From: the human T2T-CHM13v2.0 reference genome, Homo sapiens
Assembly: GCF_009914755.1 (NCBI RefSeq)
Contig: NC_060940.1
DNA: 64,000 bases
Strand: one strand, 5' to 3'
The translations under genes and the position numbers were made by a program. The notes under the pieces were generated by a model. It did no database searches, was not told the origin of the DNA, and was given only the letters and a program-made list of their open reading frames with translations. The stretch's first letter is position 1. Every line of letters begins with the position of its first letter. Below, piece after piece: positions 30,662 through 45,090 of the stretch.

Positions 30662-31068
30662 GTAGGTTTTCTTGTTGGTTCATCAGGAATACACATTAGT
30701 CTGTGCTGCAGTGTTGATATTCTGCTAGGTTTTTTTTTTCTGGTTTTAAAAAAGAAATAAGATTTAAAAAATCTTTTTCCTCAGTCGTTTTCTTTTAATG
30801 ATGCTTTTTTTGCTTTTCATTGTGGGTTAGCCATGAAGAGTGGCTTTTTTCATATTGCTAAATGTATACAGGTCTTTGTTTCTATAAACTTTCATTTGTC
30901 TTATTTTATTTTATTATTATTTTTTCCTCAGTGATCCTTGTTCTGAAACCTTCCTTTTTCATTTAAGCAACAAAAAATGCAGACTGTACAAGTCAGACTT
31001 AGGGATTTTCACCCTTTCGCCGCCTTGGAGATGTATCTGTATCTGTATCTGGATATATATATTTTTTA

Positions 31069-31135
31069 TTGCGCAGGGGCCATGCTAATCAATGTATTGT
31101 TCCAATTTTAGTATATGTGCTGCCGAAGGGAGCAC
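31069..31135 (-). pseudogene. 3'-truncated U6 snRNA retropseudogene
   Basis: Reverse complement GTGCTCCCTTCGGCAGCACATATACTAAAATTGGAACAATACATTGATTAGCATGGCCCCTGCGCAA matches roughly U6 nt 1-70; ACAGAGA box disrupted; followed by an A/AT-rich tail. Confidence 0.92.
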
Positions 31136-32864
31136 TGCCCTAGATATAGATCACTATATTAACCACTATATTTTCTACTAGTGATTATATAGACTATTTT
31201 ATGTCAAACTGAGTAATAAATAATCCCCTTGAAATGACTTCTCTATGTATTTTGATGTTTATAATGAATTCAGAATAGAGAGACTGGATTGGGAAAAGAC
31301 AGGAGAACTGAAACTATTATGAATTTGTGCTTTCTGATCACTTCTGCAAAGTCTATAAGCATGCTCTGACTCAGTGTTTTCTACCTTTCCTGATAGATAA
31401 AGGCAGTTATGGAATACACATTTTCCTTCTTTATCATTGAAAGTTTTTTCATAAAGTAGAAATGAAAATTCTAACAATTAGAAAAATGTTGACAAGAAAA
31501 GTAAAGGGAAAGGAGTTAAAATTATTTGGCTAGAATAAATAATGTTTGCTTCTCTTTAAATATAAAAGTTTTCCCAGACTGTGAAGGATGTTTACATTAA
31601 GTGTAACCTTTTAAAAATAAAATGGAATGACAAACCAGGAGGAAAAAAAATTTAAAAAAACTAGAACTATTTACATTTTAATATAGATGGCACCACTGAT
31701 ACAGAAGCATCTGGTCTAGCTCACTTACAGTTTTGGGGAATTGACTATTTAAAATGAAGCATTCTGAGCCAGGCGGGTTGGCTCACGCCTGTAATCCCAG
31801 CACTTTAGGAGGCTGAGGCAGGCGAATCACCTGAGTTCAGGAGTTCAAGACCAGCCTGGCCAACGTGGCAAAACCCCGTCTCTACTAAAAATACAAAAAT
31901 TAGCTGTGCATGGTGGTGCATGCCTATAATCCCAGCTACTCGGGAGGCTGAGTCAGTAGAATCCCTTGAACCGAGAGGCAGAAGTTGTGAGCCAAGATCG
32001 TACCATTGCATTCGAGCCTGGGCGACAAGAATGAAACTCCATCTCATAAATAAATAAGTAAACAAATAAAAGGAGGTATTCTGGCTGAGTGCCTGTAATC
32101 CCAGCACTTTGGGAGGCCAAGGCGGGTGGATCACTCTAGGTCGGGAGTTCGAGACCAGCCTGGCCAACGTGGCGAAACCCCGTCTCTACTAAAAATAAAA
32201 AAATTAGCGGGGTGTGGTGGTGGGTGCCTGTAATCCCAGCTACTTGGGAGGGAGAGGTGGAAGAATCACTTGAACCTCAGAGTTGGAGGTTGCAGTGAGC
32301 CGAGATCACGCCACTGCACTCCAGCCTGGGCGATAGAGCGAGACTCCATTTTAATAAATAAATAAATAAATAAATAAATAAAATGACATATTCTCCTAGC
32401 ACTTTGGGAGGCCGAGGCAGGTGGATTGCTTGAGGTCAGGAGTTCAAGACTAGCCTGGCCAATGTGCCAAAACCCCATCTCCACTAAAAATACAAAAATT
32501 AGGCAGGTATGGTGGTGTGTGCCTGTTGTCCCAGCTACTTGAGAGGCTGAGGCAGGTGAATCACTTGAACCCAGGAGTCGGAGGTTTCAGTGAGCTGCGA
32601 TCGCGCCACTGCACTCCAGCCTAGGTGACAGAGTGAGACTTCGTCTCCAAATAAATAAATAAAAAATGAAGTATTCTAAAGTTTGAATAGAAGCTTTGTA
32701 CTGAGTCTGAGTGAGGCCAATGTGATCATTTATGGGAAGATATCTTCTTTCTTTGGAGTATCTGGAAAATAATTTCAGATTGCACTTGTTTTGCTATTTC
32801 TTAGGATATATATACTACCTAATTCTAATTAAGAGAATTTTAAAAGGCCATGTGCAGTGGCTCA

Positions 32865-33176
<312 letters not shown>

Positions 33177-34842
33177 TCACTTTGTATACTTTCTGTTAGC
33201 TCTTTCTGTTAACTATAGTCATAATGTATAGCACTTACTGAGCATTTACTTTGGGGCAGGGACTCTTAAGACTTCAATATGTATTACTTCAGTTAATCCC
33301 TCTGACAACCTTGTGATACTCATACTATTGTTAGATAGAGAAAATTAGCCGCAGAGAGGTTAAGTAATTTGGCCAGGGTCGCACAACCAAGCGTGGAGTT
33401 CTTATTGAAACTGACTGCGGGAACCCATGTGCTTTACTGTGACTATATACTGCATCTCTCACACACTATCTGAAAATGTGTCACTATTTGTTTAGCACTT
33501 ATCCACAGGAAATACTGTTAGGTATTATGTAGGACACAAGCATTTTTTAAAACACCAAACCCCACAGTCTCTGTCTTCTGAGAGCTTACAGTACAGTCAG
33601 CGAGATGAGGCAGGTATGAAGATTCCAGTGCATGCAATGCAGTGTGTTATAAAAGTCCCATGACTACCAGAGGGAATACAGATGTAAAACTTAGGAGGAA
33701 AAGAAATCACTCTGGATGAGCCAGTCAGGTAAGTTTACATGGAATAAGTAGAAATGGGTCTTGAAAGATGGGTACGAGTTTGATAGGTGAATTTGAAGAT
33801 ACAGATAGCACCTTCTGTGTAGAGGAAACAAGAAAAGACAAAAGCAGTAAAGCAAGAAGAAATGTGGGAGGTTAGTCAAGTTTTTTTTTCTAGAATTCTC
33901 AAGTTGTAGAGCCAGAATTAAGAGTAGCTTAAGTGTTAAGCTAAAAAAAATTGAATTTTATTTTGGTAGGCAACTAAAACTAGAAATAGTTTATCATGCG
34001 CCTATGGTAGAGAGGCTACTTTTAAAAGCAGAACACTGACATTTAATCCTTGCCATGGACTGGTGAACTAAGTACAGTATTGTACCCAAGTAGAGTAATC
34101 TTTTGACAGATGAAATGACTAAGGCCCAGGTGAGCAAGTGTACCCTAGCTAATGGCAGTGCTGGAACTAAATCTAATCTAATCTTCTCCACGGAATTTCG
34201 TTCTTCTGGGCACCTTGTTAGAATAAGGCTGTTGGGAGGTGGAGACCACAGATTTCTTGTCTAAAAGTTGTCAGAGGTTTTGGTAGAAAAGCCAAGCTTA
34301 AAGCAGGTCTGAAACTTGGCAGACTACTTGGCAATATACAACAGGTACTCTTAATGGATGGAAGTATAAGGAATTATAGGAAGCTCATAATTTACATTAA
34401 AAAGGCCTTTTGTGATTTGATATAGTCTGGAATATCTTTAAGGAGGGAGGGAGGGATACAGGTCATTAGCTATGATAAAGGAGAAAAAAATAAGGACATA
34501 TCTGACTGCATATAGTGGTCCTAAAGCAGCATAGCATTGCTGTGTCATCAAAAGAACTATTTTTATTCATTTTATTTTCCACCTCACCTATCTTGCCTTC
34601 AAAAAACTTTAAAAAATTCTTTAAGAATTTTCTTTTCTTTGAGATGGGCTCTTTCCCTGGATCCCAGCTATTTCCTACCAATATTTTGTTAAGGCAGAAC
34701 GTCCACGTTTTCCATGTGAAGCTGAATCTGTTGTCTCTCCCTTTAACTGTGGGTTTTATTTTACACCTGATTTATAATCATTTGGGATTTTTTTTTCTGA
34801 TTCTTCTGTTGTCTCATGACTTTTTTTTTTCTTCCCCCAAAG

Positions 34843-34907
34843 GCGACAGCCCTGTACTGTGTCTGAAATTTTCCATTTTTGTTGGGTGCTTTTTATATGT
34901 GCAAAAG
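34843..34907 (+). CDS. RBL2: RBL2 exon 4 (RQPCTVSEIFHFCWVLFICAK)
   Basis: ccccaaag| acceptor; 65 nt; donor AAG|gtaaga; phases match exons 3 and 5. Confidence 0.96.
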
Positions 34908-35380
34908 GTAAGAAAATAGTAATATTTATTTAGATTTAATATGTCTATTTACATTTTCAGGTATTAATTTTGTCAACTTCTAATATGTATCAGGAAAAGA
35001 TTTTCACTGAAAATTTTCTCAAGGGTTTTAATCCTAGATTCTTTTTTAAGTATTGCCTTTTCATCAAAGGATCTATTGGATTTCTTTACAATATCCAAAT
35101 CTTCTCTTATTAAATGGAAAGTCCATTAACTTTGTTGTATACAACATCTTTTCTACCCAAAGCTACTCTTTTAAATTATGAGCTGAAAACACATTATTCT
35201 GTATATGCTTGTATTGTGAACTCTATTTTTCATGAGATGTATCTTATTTAGTTGAGCGCAATTACTGATCAACCTCAGAGCTGTTCAGATTTTTTTTTGT
35301 GTCTTGTTCACATAAGTATACTTAGTCAAATGCTTTTATATACTATTTATTTTCTTTCCCTTTTTTCTTGTCTCATTTAA

Positions 35381-35782
<402 letters not shown>

Positions 35783-38700
35783 TAGATAGGAAAGTGCAGT
35801 TATATTATTATATAGCTTTCTTCTGTATACTATGTGGAATGCCTTTGCCACTAAGATGGCTCAATAAAATGCAAAGTTAACAAAGAATCTTAGAGCTGGA
35901 AGGAGTTTCATAAGTATAAGAGAGACTCTCATTATTAGATTAACTAGCTTAACTTACTTTATTTTTTTTTGAGATGGAGTCTCACTCTGTTGCCCAGGCT
36001 GGAGTGCAGTGGTGCGATCTCGGCCCACTGCAACCTCTGCTGCCCGGGTTCAAGCAATCTCCTGCCTCAGCCTCCCGAGTAGCTGGGATTACAGGTGCCT
36101 GCCACTGTGCCCGGCTAATTTTTTGTAGTTTTTAGTAGAGACGGAGTTTCACCATCTTGGCCAGGCTGGCCTTGAACTCCTGACCTCGTGATCCACCTGC
36201 GTCAGCCTCCCAAAGTGCTGGGCTTACAGGCGTGAGCCATCGCACCCAGCCTAGCTTAACTCATTTACTTTATTTTTTATTTTTATTTTTATTTTTGAGA
36301 CAGGATCTTGCTCTGTTGCCCAGGCTGGAGTGCAGTGGTATGATCTCTGCTCACTGCAACCTCCGCCTCTTGTGTTCAAGTGATTCTTGTGGCTCAGCCT
36401 CTTGAGTAGCTGGGATTGCAGGCATGCACCATTATACCTGGCTAATTTTTGTATTTTTAGTAGTGTTGGGGTTTTGCCATGTTGGCCAGGGTGGTCTCGA
36501 ACTCCTGACCTCAAGTGATCTGCCACCTCGGCCTCCCAAAGTGTTGGGATTACAGGTGTGAGCCACCATGCTCAATCAGCTTAGTTACTTTAAAGATTAG
36601 GCAGCTGAGCCCAGAAACTAGCTGCTGGGAACAAAGCTAAGATTGAACTCAGATCTCCTGGTTCCTGGTTCTTAGTTTCATACTGGCTGTGAAGGCCTCT
36701 GGGAAGAATGTGTTACATTGTTGGTCTCCAGGTTTGATTTGTCCTGGTCCCTCTCTGGCTAATTAGGGTGAGAGCCGCCATCCTTCCTTCCCTGAGCTGC
36801 ATGCTTGATTCAAGAGAAAAATCTTTCTTTTGTCATACATGACACTGGCATGTTTCTTTAGTGATGATAAAGGCGACATGATCAGTGGCATGAAATAAAG
36901 GTTTTGGAGTATATAAACCATTTTTACAGCGGCTACAAATTTTAGAATGTGTGACTGCTATTATGTATGATGGTAATCTTTTCATATGATTGTATTGGGC
37001 AAGTATGTCTCATTTCTAGGGTTTTTATCTGTTTTGTTTGTCTTTTATGGCATATGTGTACTTAGAAGTAAATATAGTTGGTACTATATATAATATGTAC
37101 AATACAATAAAAAATAATTTCATTGTCCTTATTTTGTTCTCACTGGACCTGTTGGGGTGGTTTTTTCTCTGTAATTAACTCAGTGTTTGACTTTTATCTC
37201 ATTAATTCAGTTTATAATAATTCCACCTTAAGAACCTTTGTGGATTGGGCATGTTGGCGTATGCCTGGAATCCTAGCTACTTGGGAGGTTGAGGTGGGAT
37301 AATCGCTTGAACCTGGGAAGCGGAGGCTGCAGTGAGCTGAGATTGCACCTCCAGTCTGGGCGACTTTGAGACCGTGTCTCGAAAAAAAAAAAAAAAAAAA
37401 AGAAACTTGGTCCTCTCACAGTCCACCACTGTGATCTTTTATAATACACGATGATCTTTTCTAATAGTCATTTAATTGCTTTAATTCAGTTCTCATTTAT
37501 TTGGGGGAAAGGTGTACTCTTTTATAGCCACCTTTCTAATGACAAATAAGCCAACTCTGGAGATGAAACATTTCTATTTACTTGTTATCTTTGTTGATTA
37601 AAAGATAAAATACCTCACAAAGTCAGATTTATTTGTAAGGTCAGGATTTGAAATAGAAAATACGTCATGTTGAGAGAGTCCTAGAATTTAATTTAAATTA
37701 GATTCTGATCTTTAGGGGCATTTCAGCTTTTTATTAGATGTTACAGTACTGCCTTTTTTTTTTTTTTTTTTTTGCCTTCTATGGCAAGTGCACACCAGTA
37801 ACAAGTTTAGGCTTGTTGGTGTGATGGGCTTTGTAGCTTGAAATCAGTAGGTGCTACTTACTTACTTTTTTACACATGAGGAACCAAGTATATTTTAATA
37901 TTAAACCTCTTTATAGAAGAACCAAGCAAGTTGGTTTGGCTGTATCAATGCACAGTTTAATGTGTTGATTATCGTTTGCCTCTTTGGCAGAGAAGAATTT
38001 TTTTTTCTCTTTAGTTCATTTAAGTTGATTTGTTGAATGTTTCCATCTATACAAAAAAAGAATTGCTTTGTATACGCTGAGGTAAGTGGTAACTTTCTTT
38101 GGAGGAACAGAGAGAAAGGGAAACCTGAAACAAAGCTGCAGGTGTGTGTGTGTGTGTACATGTACACTTGGGTAGGCGTTAAGTGTGAAATGCTGAGGTT
38201 TGGAAATAATTCTTCATATGTATGTTAGCTATTTAAATTGAATTTATCTGATGATACAAGAATGTAAAATCACCATGAAGCATACATGTGCAGTGTTTAA
38301 CTAAAAAAGGATGGGCTTGAAGTTATAAAATAACTAGAAATAATTCTTAATTTCTAGAAAATTAAGATAATAATAAAATGGTTTAACTACACGTAAAAAT
38401 GTGTTCAGTGTTAGAGTTCAACCAGCACTGCAGAAATTACATGTTTCTGTCAGTTTAGGTTTTTGATTTCTTATTTCCCTGTTACCAAGCATCAGCAATT
38501 ATTCTTGGGATTATTAGCCCTGGAATTGAAAGATATTTAATGGTACTCCTGTTGCATTAATTTGTCTGAGTTTATGTAGAAAAGTATTAAAAATGTTACT
38601 GTTGGAGTCTGATAAAAAGTTCTGGTCTTTTAAAAATATGTGTATGAGAAATAGCATGAACTCAGGAGGCAGAGCTTGCAGTGAGCTGAGATCGTGCCAC

Positions 38701-39009
38701 TGCACTCCAGCCTGGGCGACAGTGAGACTCCATCTCAAAAAAAAAAAATGTATATGAGAATAATTAAGTGAATTATTTTTTCGGCTGTCTCCTAAGTATT
38801 TCTAATAATTTTCATGACAGAAAAATGTTTTCATGCAAAACAATTTCTTACAGTTTGAGATAATTTATAAATGTTTTGTGTTCAGAATTTTCAAAGAAAA
38901 GACCAATGATAAAGTTTTATTCAGCTACTAGGTATTTAATAAACACTTAATGAATGAATGGCATTTTTAGTAAAGTTATAGTTTTCACTAAGCTGTTAGA
39001 CATTTATTA

Positions 39010-39147
<138 letters not shown>

Positions 39148-39187
39148 TTAAATTAGCCATGTGTGGTGGCGTGTACCTGTAATTTCA

Positions 39188-39301
<114 letters not shown>

Positions 39302-39498
39302 TTAAAAATAAATAAATAAAGAAATTTATTAAGATATAAGAGTAATATGTCAAAATGTAAATTTGCCAAAACACTTATTGTAATGAGTCAATTTTGTACA
39401 ATTGTTTTGTAATGTCATAATAAGTAAAGGAAGAAATTTTTTAAAAATGTTACAAAGTCAATGCTAATTTAACTCTGTAACTGCTTATAATCCTGCAG

Positions 39499-39627
39499 GT
39501 AATTTCCCCATGATTAGTGATGATTTGGTCAATTCTTATCACCTGCTGCTGTGTGCTTTGGACTTAGTTTATGGAAATGCACTTCAGTGTTCTAATCGTA
39601 AAGAACTTGTGAACCCTAATTTTAAAG
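39499..39627 (+). CDS. RBL2: RBL2 exon 5 (NFPMISDDLVNSYHLLLC...NPNFK)
   Basis: cctgcag| acceptor; 129 nt; donor AAG|gtaggt. Confidence 0.97.
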
Positions 39628-40463
39628 GTAGGTTTGTAAATCAAAGATTTTTGGGCAATCTGCGTTTCTGTGTTATGTTTACCCTTGGAGTTGTACAGGT
39701 TTCCTAGCATCAGTATTTTGAAGAGCTCCTGTCATTACGGCTATCCAGGGTACTTATAACTAAGAGTCAAGCTGCCTGTAAAAATATTTTTGGATAAACA
39801 GTTGCAGATACCACAAAGTTTAAAGTCTTAAATGACAACTTCAGAAGTTTCTGAAATATATACTCAACAAGGAGAAGGCATTTAGAAACTCAGAGTTGCG
39901 AAGATGACATTAAAGCCGATAATGTTTTTCTACATTGGCAAACTTTGTGCCTGACACATTGTAGGAGATCAAAAAGAATTTGTTGAAAGAATCTTACTTC
40001 AAATTTTGGTACAGAAGAATAGTTATGGTTCTAAAATAAAGAAAATGAACTTTCATCTTTTAAACTAACAGATATATGGAAATGATGATTTTGGCATTGC
40101 ATTTAATAGAACTTAGGTATATAATTTCTATGAATGATAAACAGTTACAAGCCCAAATTATGATTTACAAAGCAAATATTAAAAAGTATGTATAGAGTTA
40201 AAATAAATATTGCTGCTGCTATTTGAGTAATATTGTAATAGGATTCTGGGTGATTCTCAGTTTTGAGGTAATTTCAGTTAAAATTTCAGCTTGTCTATCA
40301 AGGTAGATTTTTAAAATTAGTGGAGTTCAGTTGCTCCTGGTATGGTAAATTTAATGTTCCTCATATTCTTTTCTGTTCTTTCTCTCATTTCTATCATAAC
40401 TCCCTTGTATATTCCCAAAAAGCTGCTTCCTTTCACTTTTATCTTTTTTTTGTTTTAAATTAA

Positions 40464-40649
<186 letters not shown>

Positions 40650-41247
40650 TAGATGAGGTTTCGCCATGTTTCCTGGGCTGGTCTCAAACTCCTGGACTCA
40701 AGCGATGTACCCACCTTGGCCTCCCAAAGTGGATTATAGGAATGGAGCCACTATGCCCAACCTTTACCTCTTTTATTTTTATTTGATTTTTTTTCTTTTG
40801 TGCTGAGTCTAGGGCAAGAATAAATTGTAAACTAGTATGAAATACATCTAATACATTCAAATTAAAGTATATAATATCTGAACAGTGTAATTTTTTTAAA
40901 GTGGTGTTTTTTGTTTAAAAGTAGACTTACTTGCAAAGTTGTATTTTGTGGTTTTTAGATCTTAGTATCCTAAAATTTGATATCCTAAAATTTAAGTTTT
41001 AAGTTTCCCTTAACCATCTCTACATAAATAATTGAATAACTGAAATCTTTCGAGTAATGATACACTTTACTTCTATTTGCCATTTTTTGACAAATTCTTA
41101 GTGTTGAAATAGGCCCATATATACTGTTTCCTATACATTTGTATGCTAAGTGGTATACTGATTATACTCTATGTTTTACATTTTAGTTTATTACAAATTG
41201 GCTTATTGTGTGCTGATATCTCTGTTTTGTGATTCTATACACCATAG

Positions 41248-41408
41248 GCTTATCTGAAGATTTTCATGCTAAAGATTCTAAACCTTCCTCTGACCCCCCT
41301 TGTATCATTGAGAAACTGTGTTCCTTACATGATGGCCTAGTTTTGGAAGCAAAGGGGATAAAGGAACATTTCTGGAAACCCTATATTAGGAAACTTTATG
41401 AAAAAAAG
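41248..41408 (+). CDS. RBL2: RBL2 exon 6 (LSEDFHAK...KLYEKK)
   Basis: ccatag| acceptor; 161 nt; donor AAG|gtttgt. Confidence 0.96.
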
Positions 41409-41500
41409 GTTTGTAAGTAGCAAAGAAATAACGTGAAAATGTTTTCTGGAGAAAAACTTGATTTAACATGACGACTTAAGGATCTCTTCTTTCATCATAG

Positions 41501-41565
41501 CTCCTTAAGGGAAAAGAAGAAAATCTCACTGGGTTTCTAGAACCTGGGAACTTTGGAGAGAGTTT
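41501..41565 (+). CDS. RBL2: RBL2 exon 7 (LLKGKEENLTGFLEPGNFGES)
   Basis: catcatag| acceptor after a 92-nt intron; 65 nt; donor TTT|gtgagt. Confidence 0.96.
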
Positions 41566-41952
41566 GTGAGTACTTCTGTATAAAATGTTTTAATATTTTA
41601 AATTGTATACTTAGGAAACTTCAGAAGTTAGTGTTTTTATTGTTTGTACTCTGGAAACTGAGAATATGTTTTGTGAGAGAATACAGGGAAGCAAAAATTC
41701 TGTCACCTAAATATAAGCACACTTTTTAAATGTGTTCAAAATTGTATGGCTGTTTTTGAAGTTTCTTTAAGCTTCTGGATTATAAATTTTGAAATAAATT
41801 CTTTTGGAACTATATGGGTGAAAATTGATGATGTGTAAGTGTGGAAGTCTTCAGGGGTGCCTAGAGCAGCTAGACAGATAGTTAAGCTTCTCACCGGAAG
41901 TTGCACCTACCAGCAGCTGAAACACTGTCAGCAAAATACTTGTACTGTGTGA

Positions 41953-42315
<363 letters not shown>

Positions 42316-42451
42316 TAACTACAAGTTACCCTACCAAAGTTTAACTTTCAAAAAACTATTAGAACTTTTAGTAAATAAAAAAATGAAATAATTAATTGAA
42401 ATGGCAGTTCTGTGAGAGAGTACATTTTGTCTGTATTTGTTTTTCCTATAG

Positions 42452-42638
42452 TAAAGCCATCAATAAGGCCTATGAGGAGTATGTTTTATCTGTTGGGAAT
42501 TTAGATGAGCGGATATTTCTTGGAGAGGATGCTGAGGAGGAAATTGGGACTCTCTCAAGGTGTCTGAACGCTGGTTCAGGAACAGAGACTGCTGAAAGGG
42601 TGCAGATGAAAAACATCTTACAGCAGCATTTTGACAAG
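42452..42638 (+). CDS. RBL2: RBL2 exon 8 (KAINKAYEEYVL...QQHFDK)
   Basis: cctatag| acceptor; 187 nt; donor AAG|gtgagt. Confidence 0.97.
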
Positions 42639-45055
42639 GTGAGTTTAGCCATGCCAGAAGAGTAGAAATACAGGAGCAGGTAAGCCAGGGGTTCTTTTTT
42701 ATTTTGGTAATTTCATGTTTGTGTTTTACTTGCCTACAGTATGAAGGAGAAAATTCTCATCATACTTCTCTTAATTGAAAAAGGTATCTCTATGATATTT
42801 GCTTTGTTAATATCAACTTTCATTCATTTTAGTGAGGTCTGAGAAAAAGAAATTAATATAAATTTAAACAAATGTGTCATGCTGATAATTGTTGGTTTTA
42901 AAAAGATGGGCCAGTAATATATGGTCTTATATGTAGTGAACATAGTGTAGGCATTTAGAAAGTGATAATTGACCTGACTGGGGCCTTCATTTAAGAGACT
43001 GGAGAAAATGAGGATCTACAGTCTTTAAGAAAATTCTTTTAAACTGAATTTCAGGACCACGTGGTATTATTTCTAACAGACACTTAGAGTGATGCAGGCC
43101 AAGAGTTTCCCTTCTGCTATGTGGTGGAACAGAAAACACCAAACTTCTGGCAAGTGCCACCAGGGAAACACTGGGTAATCCAAGGGCCAGTTCACCTGGA
43201 AGTGAGCTGCTTCAGACTTGAGACTGGTCTGCTTATTCATTCAACAGATATTCCTAAAGCATTTTATATGTCAGGTTGTGTCCTGGACACTGGAGATAAA
43301 GCAGTGAACAAAATAACCACGAGAACCCTGTTCTAAAGAAGCTTATATTCCAGTGTGGGGAGATGGACAGGAGATAAACAAGTAAATATATAGTATGTTG
43401 GGTGATGATAGATGAAGAAAATAGAGTAGTAATACAAAATATTGAGGGGAGGGGAGAATGGGATGGGTGGGCTGTGGTAGGTAAGGTGGTTGGGAACGGT
43501 GTCACACACCAGAAGTAAGTGAGGAAGCAAGCCATATGAATAGCTGGGTAAATGTATTTGAAGCTGAGAGCATAACAAATGCAAAGCCATGAGGTTGGAA
43601 CAGGATTAGCTTTTTGGAGGAACAGTGAGAATGCTAGTGTGGTAGGAATAGAGTGAGGGAAAAAGTGGTAAGAAGTGACGGGAGGCCAGGTGTGATGGCT
43701 CATACTTGTAATCCTAGCACATTGGGAGACTGAGGCAGAAGACTGCCTGAGCCCAGGAGTTCAAGACTAGTCTGGGCAACAAAGTGAGACCCCGTCTCTA
43801 CATAAAATATTAATACAAAAAATAAGCTGGCCATGGTTGTGTCCACCTGTGGGCCCAGCTACTTGCGAGGCTGAGTTAGGAGGATTCGTTGAGCCCAGGA
43901 GTTCCAGGCTGCAGTGAGCCGTGATCGCGTCACTGCCCTCCAGCCTGGGTGACAGAGCAAGAGCCTGTCTTTAAAAAAAAAGAAAAAAAGAAGAAGAAAA
44001 AGAAATGCAGGGAAGAGGGAACAAGAGAGCCAGACAGACCGTGTAGGCTTTGGAAGCCATCGTAAGGACTTTTGCTTCTGCTCTGATTGAGGTGAAAGCC
44101 ATTAAGAGGGTTATTAAGAGGAGTGACTGATTTACATTTTTAAAGGTCTTCTGGGAAAGTGGGATTAGAGGCAAGGGTGGAAGTAGGGAGTTAAGAAGCT
44201 ATTGGAATGATTCTGGCAATAGTTTATGGTGGCTTGCTTCAGAGAATGGTTTGTAGCTGGGCCATATTTTGGAGATGGCACCCACAGGATTTACCGAGGG
44301 TTTGTATCTAGGGTATGAGAAAAAGAGAACAGTGATGTCTCCAGTTGGGTGAATGATATAAAAGCTAAAATCCTGACAAGTGCCTGTAATGTTGTAAGTT
44401 ATCTGGCCCTGGCTCTCTCTGAATTCATCTACTTTCCTCCCTCCTCACCCACTTATGCCACATTAACCTCCTTTTTTGTTCTTCAGATATGCCAGGCATG
44501 CCTGCAACACAAAGCCTTTGCCTTTGCAATTCCCTCTGCCTAAACTGTATTGCTTCAAGAGATTCATGTGGCTTCCTTCTCACTTCATTCTGGTCTCTGA
44601 TAACCCAACTGCTATGTCAATAATAACCACAACATCCTCCCCAACCCTCAGGACTTCTTTTCCCCCTGACTCTGCTTGCTAGTGTTTCTCTTCGTATTTA
44701 TCACTGTCTGACAGTAAGTAGGGAGGTAGGTAGAAAGAATTGTTTATTACCTGTCTCCTTGCATTAGAATATAAGCTTCACCAAGGCTGTGACCAGTGTT
44801 GTATGCAGCGCTTGGCACATAGTAGACATTCGGGGAACATTTACTACTGAAATTTATTAAGAGGGAAGAGCAAGTCTGGGGGAAGGGGAATCAAGAGTTA
44901 GGGTTATTAGCATGTTAAATTAGAGATGTCTTTTAAGCATCCTAGTAGAGAAGTTGAATAGACAGTTGAGGTATACAAGACAGGAGTTCACAGTTCACAG
45001 TAGAGGTTAGGGGTTGTGTATATATGTCCTGGGGTCATCAGGGTGGGTACAGATA

Positions 45056-45090
<35 letters not shown>

